Shown in pieces: positions 1 to 14,620 of a DNA stretch of 64,000 nt; positions within the stretch are counted from its first letter, which is position 1; the number at the start of each line of letters is the position of its first letter. The position numbers were made by a program, and so were the translations under genes. The stretch spans positions 41,168,001 through 41,232,000 of the forward strand of contig OX597824.1 in the NCBI GenBank assembly GCA_951406725.2. The letters are read 5' to 3'. The DNA is from Octopus vulgaris (taxonomy: Eukaryota). The notes below the pieces were generated by a model, which was given only the letters and a program-made list of their open reading frames with translations, made no database searches and was not told the DNA's origin.

Positions 1-500
1 GTGGACTCTTGGTGTCGTGGACATTATTAAGAGTTCTAACGGCTCAGACTGTTCAAATGATACATCAATCAAACAATTCCTAATTTTCAACTCTATATCT
101 TTGTCAATGATTACTTAGGAGTCGCTTTGCTTTTTTCCATTCTAGTATGGCACTTATGGGCGTTTCTGACGCAAAAGGAATGATGATCCGATCACTTTGT
201 AGAACGATGTCCAATTTATCTGTAAGCCTTTGATTTATGCAGAAATAACTCCAACTTGTCGAATTTCTCCTGTCACCAGTTTGTGTTGCTTCAGTTATTG
301 CCCAAGTAGTTGACTTTCCATTTGAATGTTTTAACAAATCAGATGAGGTTATGACATCTAGAATTGCATTAGCAATTTAGCTGATTGCCGTAGGCGCTGT
401 ATAACGGAATGATCAAGAAGGTAGCTTCGCATTTACGAGATTCTGCGTTCATCCCTACAGCACGGTATCTTGGGCAACTGTAATTTTTTAAATATCTTCG
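1..500 (-). mobile_element. Degenerate Ty3/Gypsy pol relic (RNaseH-integrase linker and integrase Zn-binding region), runs off window edge
   Basis: Minus-strand frames give LDIVLQSDRIIIP...KAKRLL and IDKDIELKIRNC...EPLELLIMSTTPRVH, resembling Gypsy 'LRGDRIIIP...IDKDIE..VRxC..C...EPL.P...PW'; stops and frameshifts present. Confidence 0.6.
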
Positions 501-984
501 CGTCGATCCACGTGAGTGAAATTGAGTAAAGAGAAACTGCACAGAAGCCCGTCGGTTGGATTGTACATATAATTGGAAAGGTACGACCCTCTCTCTCTCT
601 TTCTTTCACCCCCCCCATACACTACCACGCTGATTCAGCTTCTGATTTACGTCTAGAGTACACGTGTCAGTGGAATGCTCAGCCAATTACACGATAATAT
701 AGAAAAAAAAGTATTAAGTTGATTGAACAATTGTCGAACGATGGAGATACGCCATCATGTTGATCATCACAATTAATCTGAAGGATAAAAAACATCGCCG
801 TTAACTGACAATAATTTTTCTGGGTAACTTACCTCATTTGCCCTTCACGTTGGCGTGGTCGGAAATGTTGTTAAAGTTGCGAAACTGTGGTTTGTCTTGA
901 TTTGAACACGTTCACGAAAGAGAAGGTATATTAATCACTTGGTAGCAACTAGGACCAGATCTAAATGAGAAGGGAAGCTAATCA

Positions 985-1362
985 AGCGTGGTAAGAGGTT
1001 TGCTTCCCAACAACATGGTACCAATTTCAGTCCCACTGCGTGACACCTTGGGCAAGTAAATGTTTTCTGTTATAGCCTCGGTCCAACCAAAGTTGGAAAC
1101 TAATAGAAAATGAAAGATATATCTATATATCTCTCTCTATATCTTTGTGTGTGTAATTTTGTGTCTGTGTCTGTCCGCCACAACCGTTTGACGACCGATG
1201 TTGGTTTGTTTATGCCCCCATAACTTAAAGGTCCGGCCAAAGTGACTGATAGAATAAGTACCAAAAAGTACTGGGGTCGATTCATTCGATGAAAGTTTCT
1301 TCCAGGCGGTGCCCTAGCATGACCGCAATCTAATGATTGAAATAAGTAAAAGATAAAAGATA
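985..1362 (+). mobile_element. SINE family A (tRNA-like head, internal microsatellite), diverged copy
   Basis: GTGGTAAG...CAGTCCCACTGCGTG.CACCTTGGGCAAGT...GATAGAATAAGTAC...GGCGGTGC..AGCATG.CCGCA, shared with about 10 copies in window. Confidence 0.8.
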
Positions 1363-1723
1363 ATCAAGAATTCTCCAAAATTTACAAAAGACAGTCTGAT
1401 TATCAGGAGGCAAGGGAACAGCTGTGGACACGACATTCTACCTCAATAGACGTCATCAGCACAGCAGTTGTCATACATTGTCACTTACAGAAAGGACAAT
1501 TAGACAAATACCAAAAAGAATAGGAAACATTTATGGCTTAGTTAATTTGCATGAATGAAGCAAAAATTAGATTAGAGAAGTAACTCGAAATGCTTAAAGG
1601 CATTTCGTCTGGCTTTACATTTTGAATTCAGATTCGTCTGTGCCTTTCATCCTTTCGGAATCGATAAAATAGGTACCAGTTGACCCCTTATCCTCTCCCC
1701 CAAAATTTCAAGGTCTCGTACCA

Positions 1724-1812
1724 TTCTTCTTCTTCTTCTTCTTCTTCTTCTTCTTCTTCTTCTTCTTCTTCTTCTTCTTCTTCTTCTTCTTCTTCTTCTT
1801 CTTCTTCTTCTT

Positions 1813-1842
<30 letters not shown>
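1724..1842. repeat. (CTT)n microsatellite
   Basis: Pure TTC tract of ~120 bp directly before a SINE B head. Confidence 0.95.
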
Positions 1843-1843
<1 letters not shown>

Positions 1844-2066
1844 AGGCAGCGAGCTGGCGGAATCGTTGGCACGCTGGGGAAAATGCTTAGCGGCGTTTCG
1901 TCCGTCTTTTCGTTCTGAGTTCAAATTCCGTCGAGGTCGACTTTGCCTTTCATCATTTCGGTTTGCTAAAATAAATACCAGTTGAGTACTGGTGTCAATG
2001 TAATCGACTATCCCCTTCCCCCAAATTTCAGGCCTTGTACCTATAGAAGAAAGGATTATTATTATT
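1843..2066 (+). mobile_element. SINE family B (tRNA head, central GCCTTTCATCCTTTCGGGGTCGATAAA.TAAGTACCAG domain)
   Basis: AAGGCAGCGAGCTGGCGGAATCGTT (A-box-like), GAGTTCAAATTCC (B-box-like), (ATT)n tail; many copies in window. Confidence 0.85.
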
Positions 2067-2067
2067 T

Positions 2068-2520
2068 AGTGAGAGAACAGTGCATGCCATCAAAGTGACA
2101 CTGGGGTACAAACACACGAAGCCCAATATACCCATCATGACTACCCGTCTTATAAGGGTACACCAGGCACATGAATCACAACCATATGCGCGTGAAATAG
2201 TGATTTCATATCAAAATAACGCACCACCTTACAGGTGGGCCCCAATCAGAATTTTCTTCAGGTCGAATAGCCCATCCCACTCAAAAGGTCCCTGAATAAG
2301 GTTTGTTTAAGAATGTTGAACGAAACACCCATGTTTCCAGAAGTGAATTATTCAAACCCCAAAGAATTCATCTCAACACATGGATATGATACTCTCCCAC
2401 TACTTCTACTCGTGATCAGAGACGCACATATCGTCAGCCGCTGAGGGACATGCTCAACTGGTTGAGGTCAAACTACTGACAAACAAATCTGTGGTATTGA
2501 GCAGAATATTTGCTGTAGCC
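2068..2520 (-). mobile_element. Non-coding retroposon family D, 5'-truncated copy
   Basis: Colinear with 57437-57992; the CTCTCACT end abuts an (ATT)n tract. Confidence 0.8.
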
Positions 2521-2529
2521 TATTATTCT

Positions 2530-2779
2530 TGCCTAGTGGTTAGGGTGTTGTAATATCGTGGTTTCAAATCCTAGACCGACTGGTGCGTTGTGTTCTTGAG
2601 CAAAATACTTCATCCCACGTTGCTCTGCAATCACTTCGTCACTTGACGCCAGGCACACCGTGCACCTTTTCAGACAGCGTCGGTTTGATGGAGTGAGCCT
2701 CTGTGCTGCACGAACATTTGATCACTATAAACAAATCATTTGTGCAGGTCATTCGGCAAAAGCTGAACGCCCATATGTC
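2530..2779 (+). mobile_element. tRNA-derived SINE family E
   Basis: GCCTAGTGGTTAGG...GGTTTCAAATCC...TTGTGTTCTTGAGCAAAA; homologous to 10037-10320. Confidence 0.7.
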
Positions 2780-3145
2780 ATATAAACGGCAAAATGTTTG
2801 TGTGTGTGTGTGTGTGTGTCCTTTATAGAAATCCACAATTTTTCAGTTAGAGGGCTCGCACTTTCTTTGGTCATTCAAAACCGTCCAAGGGTGGTCGTGC
2901 ACATCTTTACATTTCCCCAGTCACTCCACAAAGCCATTAAAAATTCAATAGAAGTGACTTTTTTGTGAATTTTCTATCCAAAACCCAATCAAAATGCCCG
3001 AAACTTGATACGCCAATTGAATGCCAGCTAGCTGTATGTGATTGGTCGGAGATTTGGACAGTACTCGCGTGTATGTGCGCACGTACACGGCTGTATATGC
3101 ATGCACTAGCACTATGATCCGGCGTTGCCGGGTCATAGTGCTAGT
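2780..3145 (+). mobile_element. Non-autonomous Helitron-like element
   Basis: 5' ATATAAACGGCAAAATG+(TG)n; 3' GC-rich hairpin CCGGCGTTGCCGGG followed by TCATAGTGCTAG|T. Confidence 0.6.
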
Positions 3146-3296
3146 TATTACTATTATTAAACAATATGGAAGGCGCGAGGAGACTTGTGATCGAGATCGA
3201 CTCTTTATTGAATTGAACGAATTGAGCATTATTTTGACTGCTTCTTATTGTTTATTTACTTTTTGAAGAGTTACATCGATCTTGATATTACTATTG

Positions 3297-3798
3297 AGAA
3301 TGTAACACTGGGGTAGAAGTATACGAAGCCCAATATACCTATCATGATTACTACTCTGGTAAGGGTACACCAGGCACATGTATCACTACCATATCTGCAC
3401 GACATGGTCATCTGTCAAGATAAACAACGCATGACCTTGCAAGTGTGACCTTGCAACGCATGACCTTGCAGTTAGAAGTTTCTTCAGGTCGAGTAGCCCA
3501 TCCCGCTCAAAAGGTCCCTGGATAAGGGTTGTTTATGGATGATGAACGAAACACCCATGTTTCCAGATATGAATTATTAAAACCCCCCAAACTTCTCTCA
3601 ACACATGGCTATGATGTTCCCCGACTACCTTTACTCGTGATCACTGATGCACATAGTACTAGCCACTAAGGGACACACTCAACTGGTTAAGGTCAAGCAA
3701 CCGACAAGCAAACCTGTGGTATTGAGCAGAATATTTGCTGTAGCTCATCTTTTACACCAAGACAAAACATATACATGATAACACTTCCAATCAGTTAA
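3297..3798 (-). mobile_element. Non-coding retroposon family D, diverged copy
   Basis: Colinear with 57437-57992, with a small internal duplication of GCATGACCTTGCA. Confidence 0.8.
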
Positions 3799-4051
3799 GT
3801 ATCATCACCATCATCATGAATATAATAATAATTATTTTGACCACTCTGTGTTATACCTTTTAGTTTATTTTCGCTTCATATATGCAAATTACTTTGGCCA
3901 TAAATCGTGCAAAGAATCCATATAAATATTGTAGTTCCAGATTTTTAACGTACCAAAATCTTGCTTAGTGACTACTACTGCTACTACTACTACTACTACT
4001 TGTTCACATCAACAACTACTACAGCTACAACCACCACCACTACTACCGCCA

Positions 4052-4107
<56 letters not shown>

Positions 4108-4408
4108 ACATCATTATCCTTTCATTTTCTTCCACTTTTCGCTCCACACTCTTAAACTCCTGCCCCTCATTCTCCTTATCCTCTTCTTCCTCCTCTCCCT
4201 CCTTCTCCTCCTCCTTCTCTTCCTACACATGCATTGTCTTCGAACCTTATTCCCTCCTCCCCCATTTTTCATCTCAACCCGTTGGTGGCGATAGCGACAA
4301 AGCATTATTACAAATAACAGCGATTAGTCAACACTATATCAAAAGACTTGGCTATTTCTTGTGAGTGACCATTCCATTCACGCCCTGGGGCAGCCAGAGA
4401 AAAATGGT

Positions 4409-4441
<33 letters not shown>

Positions 4442-4559
4442 GGGAGAGTATAACGACATACAAGTCATGGTGGGACGGTGTCTATGTTCGTGCGCGCGCG
4501 TGCATTGTCGTGTATGAGTGTGTTATGTGTGTCGCTGTATGTGAGTGTATGTGTATGTG

Positions 4560-4598
<39 letters not shown>

Positions 4599-4705
4599 AT
4601 AGACACACGCATGCGTGCACCGACGCGCACACATATACGTGGAAGCAGACAATTATGTATACCCAAATGTAAGTATGTGTATATGGAAATATAACTGTGT
4701 GTGTG

Positions 4706-4744
<39 letters not shown>

Positions 4745-5440
4745 CGCAGACACACACACACACGTATACATACGCACATATGCACAAACAAATACACACA
4801 CATACATGTATGTATGTATGTTGCAGATATATATTATACATACATACATACATACATACATACATACATACATACATACATACATACATACATACATACA
4901 TACATACATACATACATACATACATACACACATACATATATATATATGTGGATATATATATATATATATATAATGTGGATATATATATATATGTAGATAC
5001 ATATTACATATATAAAATACTTGTATGCGTGCATGTGTGTGTGTATACGTGAGGGAGAGAGAGGAAGAAAGAAAGACAGAAAGAGAGGGAGAAAGAGAGA
5101 GAGTCTGATATAGAGAGGCAGAGAACTCGAAAGAGTTATGCCGTTTGATAACTGTTCGGCTTTGCTATGCGAAGGGTTGACGTTGAGGTGAAGGAAGCGT
5201 CGATGTTGGTGTGATTAAATATACTTTAGAGACGGGTTATTACCTAATGAACCGGCATTCACGAAAGGAAAAGGGGATAGGGAAGAAAAGGAACAAAAAA
5301 GGAACCAAAAAAAAAAAATGGTAAAGGAAGAACTGCTTTGTTCTTTCTTGTTTGTTTCGGAAAAGGAGAAGGTGATTCAGAAGTTTAAAGTTCGCCCCTT
5401 TAATTGAGAACGAAATCTCTGAGAATCTCTTTGGTCCGAT

Positions 5441-5522
<82 letters not shown>

Positions 5523-5536
5523 GTCTGTCTGTCTGT

Positions 5537-5598
<62 letters not shown>

Positions 5599-5678
5599 GT
5601 CTATCCATTCATTCATCATAGTACGCGCGCTTGTGTGTGTGTGTGTGTGTGTGTGTGTGCAAGCACGTGTTTACATAT

Positions 5679-5729
<51 letters not shown>

Positions 5730-6307
5730 TACATGTGTATGCATGTACGTATGTCTGTATGCATGCAGTCATGCATGCATATTTGTATGTATGTATGTAT
5801 GTATGTATGTATGTATGTATGTATGTATGTATGTATGTACGTACACTTGTCTCCCATGCAATCTCTTCCACCAGAATTCCTATGGATTTCGAGCATTGTT
5901 TTAAGGAGATTGGAATGTGCTTTCTCGTAGCAGACAGGCCTATCTAGTTTATTCACCCTCTATCCCCTATCTTTTCACCCTATTGTTTTCTTTGTTTGCA
6001 TGTGTGTGTGTGTGTTCATGTGTGCGTGCGCATCTGTGTCTTTTTTTCCACTAACTTGACCAAACCGCCATGATTTTTTTGCTACAGCTTTATTCTCCAC
6101 TACGAACTCCCAACTTCATTCCATGTTTATACTATCAATATATCTTCCTCCTCTCTCCCGCTTCGTCCTCGTCGTCGTCGTCCTCCACCTCCTCATTCTG
6201 CTTATGTATACCTCTGTGTATGTGTATATATATATATATATATATATGATATATCATACATATATGTATATATGATATATATATATATATATATACATTT
6301 ATAGAAG

Positions 6308-6376
<69 letters not shown>

Positions 6377-6381
6377 TTATA

Positions 6382-6426
<45 letters not shown>

Positions 6427-6574
6427 GTGTGTGTGTCATCTTTTACGGTTCCTTTATTTCCTTTTTCACTGCCATTTTTTCTTCTCTCAAGTCCCCTGAC
6501 TACCAAACACCACATATTTTGCCCCATGCCTCATTTCATTCTACCTTCTACAAACACACACACACACATGTGCG

Positions 6575-6632
<58 letters not shown>

Positions 6633-6666
6633 TACATATGTACATATATATATATATATACATACA

Positions 6667-6702
<36 letters not shown>

Positions 6703-7299
6703 TATATATGCATGCACACATACGCATGCGCTCAAACACACACTATAAGACACACACACACACACACACACGTAGTCACTCCACTTCGCACTCACATCTG
6801 TCACTCGCAACCTTCAGCTTATTTCTTAGACGATATTAACAATTTTTTCTCTCCCCACTCTCTATCTCTCCCCTCTTTGGTCAAGCCGTTCTGTCCACTT
6901 TTTCGTTTTCCTTCATCACTTCTATCTCACTCAACCCACTTCGCGGTCCACAGCTTTTGTGGAACCAATCAACTAAAAGAAAAGTAGTTAAGAGCCATTT
7001 GGGAGAAGTATCAGACAAAAAAAAAAAAAAAAAGAAAACCCTGAAAAAACAACAAAAAAGAACAAACACAAGAATGATATAACAACGACAACAACATGGA
7101 AAACGAAAAGGAAAAGAAGCAAGAAAAGAAAAAAAAGATGCTGAGAGAATTGGTGAAAGAGATTCACTTTGCGGATCCATCGATGATATTTGGCTTCCGG
7201 GCACGGAATTTGCCGGACAACGGAATCTGATGGAATACACAACGGAGAGTTACGTTAAAAGGTGGAAGAATAGGGCGAGAGATAGACTGATATGCAAGT

Positions 7300-7348
<49 letters not shown>

Positions 7349-7618
7349 TGTCTGTGTGTCTGTGTGTGTACATGTGTGTGTGCGCGTGTGCCTGTATGTG
7401 TATATGTATACACATGCATATATATATTCACGCATGCACATTTATGCATATAAATATCTATATATACACATATATGCACATACACACACACACACACACA
7501 TATGTATATATATATACATACATTGTTTATATATGTGAATACACACATATACATATATATATATCTACATACACACATATATACACACAATGTATGTATG
7601 TATGTATTTATATGAGAT

Positions 7619-7664
<46 letters not shown>

Positions 7665-8439
7665 CAGAAAGAGTATGAATGAGAAAAATGAAAGAGGTAC
7701 CTTTTTTTTTTTACACCGAATGTGACTCAATACTTTCATTTGTTAGTTCAGATTCACTTTTGATTTTGCTTGTAATTCCCCCACCCCCTTTACATTTCTT
7801 TTCGCTACTTTTCGTTATTTTCCGTTACCGTTCCTGTCTTTCATTCTCTTTTAACATTGTTCTTTTATTTTGTTCTTTTGACATTGTTCATTTCTTTTAT
7901 CTATTTTACAACCTTTCTCTGATTCTAAATTCCACGCCATCTATTTATCATATATTGTTCCATTTCTTACACATTTTCCTAAATTTTAATGATGCTTCTT
8001 TTTGCTTCATTCATTATTCCTTTCGTTCGATCTTTCTCATTTTCCTAGATTATTCAATCATTCTTTTATTGATTTTCATTAATTCATTAAAGTTTTTCTT
8101 CAGTAATTCTTTGCTTTGATGTTTTGTCTTTCTGTCTTATATTTCTTTCATAAATTACACCATTCATTGGCTTATTCTTTCTTTTATCTATCAATTCTTT
8201 TTCTTCCATTTTATCGTTCCCATTCCCTCATTTTCCTATCATTCTTTCTCTCTTTCTCTGTTTGTCTGTCTGTATGTATGTATGTCTCTCTTCTGTAACA
8301 ATTTGTTCCCTTCACGTTTAGTGTAACTTATTAATTCCGTATCGTAGTTTCACGTAAGTTTACTGTACTTTCGTCACAACACAGTTATCTTTAGCTAGCT
8401 TCGGCTTGCATGTCACATGATAATATAATGCTACCAGGA

Positions 8440-9050
8440 TTTTTTTTATTGAAACAAATGTGAGCATGAATTTCAAATTGTGCCTACAAGTTGACATCAG
8501 TTCTGCTCTTCTTTTTTGTTCATTATCAGCGTGGCAGGGTATATTATATAATTTTCCAGTTAAGCATAAATTACAGTACATTCAACGGTTACAAAATGGT
8601 TCGGCGAATGAATTTTCTGTGAGGGTCAACGCATAAAAAAGCACTGTTATTTTTTTTCCGATCGTAGTAACCTGGTGCGTAATACAGGCAGTCATGCATT
8701 GGTGGTTTTAGGAGACATGACTCATCGTTTTATCAATTTTAGTTATATGATTTATTTGATTTACTCTGTTGGTGTTACGTAACAAACAAGGTTGTTGAAT
8801 AAGTTATTTTGATGCTATGGAATTCGTTGTCTTTGTGTTTGTTGATTTGAGAGTAGAATCCCTTCACTGCGTATGTTATGACCTTCTTACTGAATGCTAG
8901 GTTGATTTTGTTTCTCTTCCTATGTAAGATTTTGTTATTGTTTGTAACGGATGAGTTACAGTGCTTTTGAAGTTGCTACGGACGAGTGGACTCCTTGGTT
9001 ATAATTGCTTACGGTCCCGTGGAAATTTTCGTCGGAGAAGAATCTGATTT
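8440..9050 (-). mobile_element. Penelope-like element remnant (GIY-YIG C-terminal region)
   Basis: YCNLCLTGKLYNI...KRRAELMSTCRHNLKFML matches the PLE CxxC...EK...NKRSEL..CRH tail; left limit approximate. Confidence 0.75.
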
Positions 9051-9420
9051 CTTCCGTCAATCTTTCTTTATTAATATTCGTCTTTTTTTTATAGTTTTCT
9101 TTTTACTTTTTCATTTTTCTTTCCAACGTTTTTTCTTTTCCCTTCTCATCGTTTTGCTTTCTCTTTATATTATTTATTTCTGTTAGTTTTTTCCCCTCTA
9201 CCCATTCTTTTCCAAGAGCAGTTTTTGTTGTTATTCTTTCGGTTTCTTTCTTTCGATATTTTATTCACTTTTTATATCTACGTTACGTATTTTTTCCGTA
9301 TTTTTCTGTTTTCCTTATTTCGTTCTTTTATTTCATAACTTTTCCTTTTTCTTTCTGTATCTTACACACACACACAGACACACAGACACACACACACACA
9401 GATACACACACACACATACA

Positions 9421-9499
<79 letters not shown>

Positions 9500-9516
<17 letters not shown>

Positions 9517-9790
9517 ACCTGCCGAGTCTGGAGGGAGGACGTCTTAATCCAGTGAAATATTCCATCAATGTGCCTCTTGACTCTTTCTATGGCCACTGAC
9601 AGGTAGGGAATTCCAAAACACCAACATTCTGGGAAAGAAGGCTAAAGTGTTGTGATTACTGTGGGCCTGGTGGGGTTGGACACAGCAAAAGTGATGAGTG
9701 AGATGGGAATGTCTAAGTGGAGCGAGGCATGAGTTCAACAATCTTACAGGAGCAGAGGCTATTATAGAAAATGTGAGTGCAGTATCCATT
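9500..9790 (-). mobile_element. CR1/L2-group LINE 3' fragment
   Basis: ORF 9565..9990 contains [21 protein letters not shown], like the SFFPR...WNSLP terminus of CR1-group ORF2. Confidence 0.6.
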
Positions 9791-10036
9791 GAGGGTTTCA
9801 TCTGAATTTTGTAGAATATGAATATATATTGGGGGATGAAAATAATAACCATTGGGCTGCAGTACTTTCTCCTGAAGAAGTCCGCTATCATAGTGAGAGT
9901 CAACAATTTGAGAAATTGTGAGGGCTTCAGCTGAGTGTTACTTATACGATGGTGTTTTACATATTTTGGATAGCAAGGACCAAATCCCAACGACTAGCAT
10001 TTTTCAGACCAAAACCATTTTTGATTCTTTACAAAA

Positions 10037-10320
10037 TGGCCAAGTGGTTAAGCATTTGCATTCACGATATTAAGATCGTGATTTCGGATCTTGTATCGGG
10101 CGGTGCGTTGGGTTCTTGAGCAAAACGATTCATTTCCAGTTGCTCTGCGATCTTTTCGACATCTTACATGTGGCACTCTGTGCATTTGTACATGTAGTGT
10201 CGGTCTAATGGAGGGAGTGAGATAGAGTACAGCAGAAGCATTTGATCACTATAAAACAAATCAGTTGTTTAGCCAGGAGTTGCGGGACTCTCATCCGTCG
10301 TCTATGACAGGAAAATCCCT
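10037..10320 (+). mobile_element. tRNA-derived SINE family E
   Basis: TGGCCAAGTGGTTAAG head; body homologous to 2530-2779. Confidence 0.7.
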
Positions 10321-10803
10321 TACAAAATTCAGGTGAAGCACACGATGCATATTGCACTCACATCTGCTAGAATGGCTGGAGTTTATAGAATTGAATTTTT
10401 CTATAAGTATTTTACATAGGATTTTGAAAGTCAGTTTAAGTTAGTTTATTTGTATTTTGAAATTAGCTATTTCATCTTTAAATATGAAAAATTAAATTTA
10501 TTAGGTTTTCATTATATACAATTATTTATAGAGATTATTTTAGATCTTGATTATAATATTTATATATATTTTCATTGATAATTTATATATATTAGTCATT
10601 TTAAATATTTATGTAATTAGATATAGACTAATATTGATATTAGATTATGGGTTTTCTACCTTATAAATTAAAGTTAATATTTAACATTATAGTCGATTTC
10701 GATATAATCATATTTAATAATAGAGTTTATTATAAGTAAAATTATTATATTATATATATTATTTATATCTTAAAAATATTGATTATATTTTAGATATTTA
10801 AAC

Positions 10804-10867
10804 CACCTGATGAATGACTGCGACTCAAAAATTTGAAGATGTTAGCAGGCATGAAACGATCGTAGTG
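10804..10867 (+). ncRNA. Type I hammerhead ribozyme (minimal, PLE-type) in an AT-rich pLTR-like segment (~10370-11080)
   Basis: CAC-CTGATGA-stem II(ATGaCTGC...GCAGgCAT)-GAAA-CGATCG-TA-GTG; predicted GUA cleavage after 10864. Confidence 0.75.
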
Positions 10868-11076
10868 TGATATTAATTATATTTTTTTAATAATTTTGTT
10901 ATATATTTAAATAATATTAATTAATCATATGTATTGGCTTAAGTTTTTCATTGTTTGATTTGCCTAATAGGGGTTTTGTCTCTAATTTAATATAATATAA
11001 TATTTTACTATAAAATTGGATTCAATCCTAAATCTGATTTTTCCCTGTAAGTTTGGATTTATTCCCTAATATTTAT

Positions 11077-11137
<61 letters not shown>

Positions 11138-11714
11138 CATGTATGTATGTATACATAAATACATACATATATAGGCAGGTTGGAAGAATCGTTAGAGCGT
11201 CAGATAGAATGCTTCGTGGTATTAGTTCCGTTTCTTTGCGTTCTGAATTCAAGGTGAACTTTACTTTGCTTTTCAACTTTCTCGGGTAAATAATAAAAAA
11301 GTGCCAATCCGAGGTGATGGGTTGGCAGAGCTTGTATGCATTGTGAGTTCAAATCTGGCCATAGCCTACATTGTGTGGTAAACTTAACCCGTTGCTTTCT
11401 TTAACACCACTACCTGTCATTTGGGGCGCCTTTTGAAAGAACACTTTTACAAGAATTCAAACTCGGCCATCGGCTTGAGGATAATTTCTTCTTTGAATTC
11501 CACCTCTCTCGAAAGCTCTAACACGAGTACGGCCTTCATGACGAAAGGATAAAACTCACATCCAGATCAGAAACGGGAAATTCGGAGTAGCAATTTGTGA
11601 AGTACTCAGCTTCCAATAAATGAAATATGACTCTACCATCCGTATTGAGTACTCGTTGTCCTCTTTCTTGTTTAGAGTGTACAATGTATGTGCCTACATA
11701 TATGTGTGTGCCTG

Positions 11715-11767
<53 letters not shown>

Positions 11768-12172
11768 ATGTGTGTGTGCGTATGTATTTCAGTATGCACG
11801 AATATATATGCCATATATCTAACTCCGTGCATGTAAATGTGTGTGTGAATGCACGCGCGCGCGTGTTTGTGTGTTTGTTATTATTTTTTTAATGTTTCCG
11901 AATATCCTCTCGTCCAGTATTTACATACATGTACACACACACACAAACACACACGCAAATACATAAATACATTTATACACACACATGTGCATACAGGCGT
12001 ACACATACACGCACATATACTTACATATATACATATATACGTACACGCGTATATACATAAGCTTATATACATATATGCATCAACACATATACATCTAGCC
12101 ATCAATTTATCCATCCACTCATACATACATGCATAAATAGATACATACTTACAAATGTACATACATACGCAG

Positions 12173-12234
<62 letters not shown>

Positions 12235-12337
12235 GTATATACACATGAATATGTATGTATATATGTGTATATAAATATATACACACACATATATATATAC
12301 GTATACATATATGTATATATACCCACACACACACTTA

Positions 12338-12411
<74 letters not shown>

Positions 12412-12516
12412 CAAATATGTACATATATATATATACACACAGTATACATGTATGCACACACACATACACGCATATATACATATACATGTATACACACTTG
12501 AATAATTAGAAACATC

Positions 12517-12612
12517 CATATACACGAACTATACACAAACTCGTACGCCATATACACAAACTATACACAAACTCGTACGCCATATACACAAACTATACAC
12601 AAACTCGTACGC
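12517..12612. repeat. Three-copy 32-bp tandem repeat
   Basis: CATATACACAAACTATACACAAACTCGTACGC x3. Confidence 0.85.
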
Positions 12613-13277
12613 GAACATTTTCCTATGATTTGTGTGTGTGTGTGTTTTTTTTATTTGGCGGGTGAGTGTGCGGATTGACAGAAGGAAACCAACAAAAGAA
12701 TGAGATGCCACATAAATGCCTCCACACTCCCCAGCTCCTGTTATTCCTCTTTCCATCCAAGAACACGAATAAATATAAGATTCCAAACGAAACGAAATAA
12801 TAATAAAAAAAAAATTGAAGTAATGGACAGCAGAAATATATCATCGTTTTCTATATATCAATTGCTAAGCCGAGTATGTTGGTGGGGCTTCTGGTCCGGG
12901 TATGGAATTATTTCTGCTGGTGCTACTGCTGTTGTTGTTTTTTTTTGTTTTTTTTTTGTACTTCGAAAGTAATGCGTGTGGTGGTGGGGGTGGTGGGAGT
13001 TATGTGTGTGTGTGTATGTGTGGGGGGAGTTTGTGTGTGAGTATGTGTAGATAAAAATGAAAGAAAATATTACGATGAAATAAATGTTTGTAGTGTTATA
13101 TGTGTGTATGTGTGTGTAATTGCGTGTGTTTGTTTGCGTCGGTGAAATTGTATTTATAAATGTATATGAATGTATATATATATATGTTCGTATGTATGTA
13201 TGTGTGTATATATATATATGTATATATATATGTATATATATATGTATATATATATTGTATATATACATATGTATATA

Positions 13278-13367
<90 letters not shown>

Positions 13368-13416
13368 TATATGTATATATATGTATATGCATATATGTAT
13401 ATATATATGTATATGC

Positions 13417-13451
<35 letters not shown>

Positions 13452-13500
13452 TATATGTATATATATGTATATGCATATATGTATATATATATGTATATGC

Positions 13501-13532
<32 letters not shown>

Positions 13533-13540
13533 GTATATGC

Positions 13541-13572
<32 letters not shown>

Positions 13573-13820
13573 GTATATGCATATATATATGTATGTATGT
13601 ATATATGTATATGCATATATATATGTATGTATATATATATGTATATGCATATATGTATGTATATATATATGTATATGCATATATGTATATATATATATAT
13701 ATGTGTGTGTGTATGCATATGCATATATGTATATATGCGTGTGTATATGTACATATTTGTGTATATATATATATATAGATATAAAGTGTGTGTGTGGGTA
13801 TATATACATATATGTATACG

Positions 13821-13865
<45 letters not shown>

Positions 13866-13969
13866 TTATTTATATACACATATATATATACATACATATT
13901 CATGTGTATATACATATGTATATATATATATATATATATATATGGTTAGATAAATGCATACATGCATAC

Positions 13970-14013
<44 letters not shown>

Positions 14014-14068
14014 CACATATATATAGTGAAAATATGTATTGATACATACATGTATATATATATACACC

Positions 14069-14122
<54 letters not shown>

Positions 14123-14297
14123 CATCTTGTGAAAATGAAAAACAACGTCTCTTTCAAAAATGACGATGACCTATAAAAACAATAAGAAAGTATTGATTTC
14201 TTTTCTAGTCCGAGACAGAAGAACCCTTCCTTTTGATAAAAAATAGTGGATTAGAACACAGTATCACTGTGTTGACCCCATTCCCTAACAATGGTAG

Positions 14298-14329
<32 letters not shown>

Positions 14330-14573
14330 TGTATGTATGTATGTATGTATGTATGTATGTAGGCATCTATGTATGCATGTATGTATGTATGTAGGCATCT
14401 ATGTATACATTATGTATGTATATATATATTATATATAAAATCATACCTATGTATGCATGTATGTATGTATGTATGTATGTATATATATATTATATATAAA
14501 ATCATACCTATGTATGCATGTATGTATGTATATATATATATTATATAAAATCATACATACGTAGATGTATATA

Positions 14574-14620
<47 letters not shown>

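Noticed and set aside
6881-7270. Unique island with CCAAT and short ORFs as a possible first exon
   Set aside because: No recognisable protein or convincing splice donor; cannot be supported without transcripts
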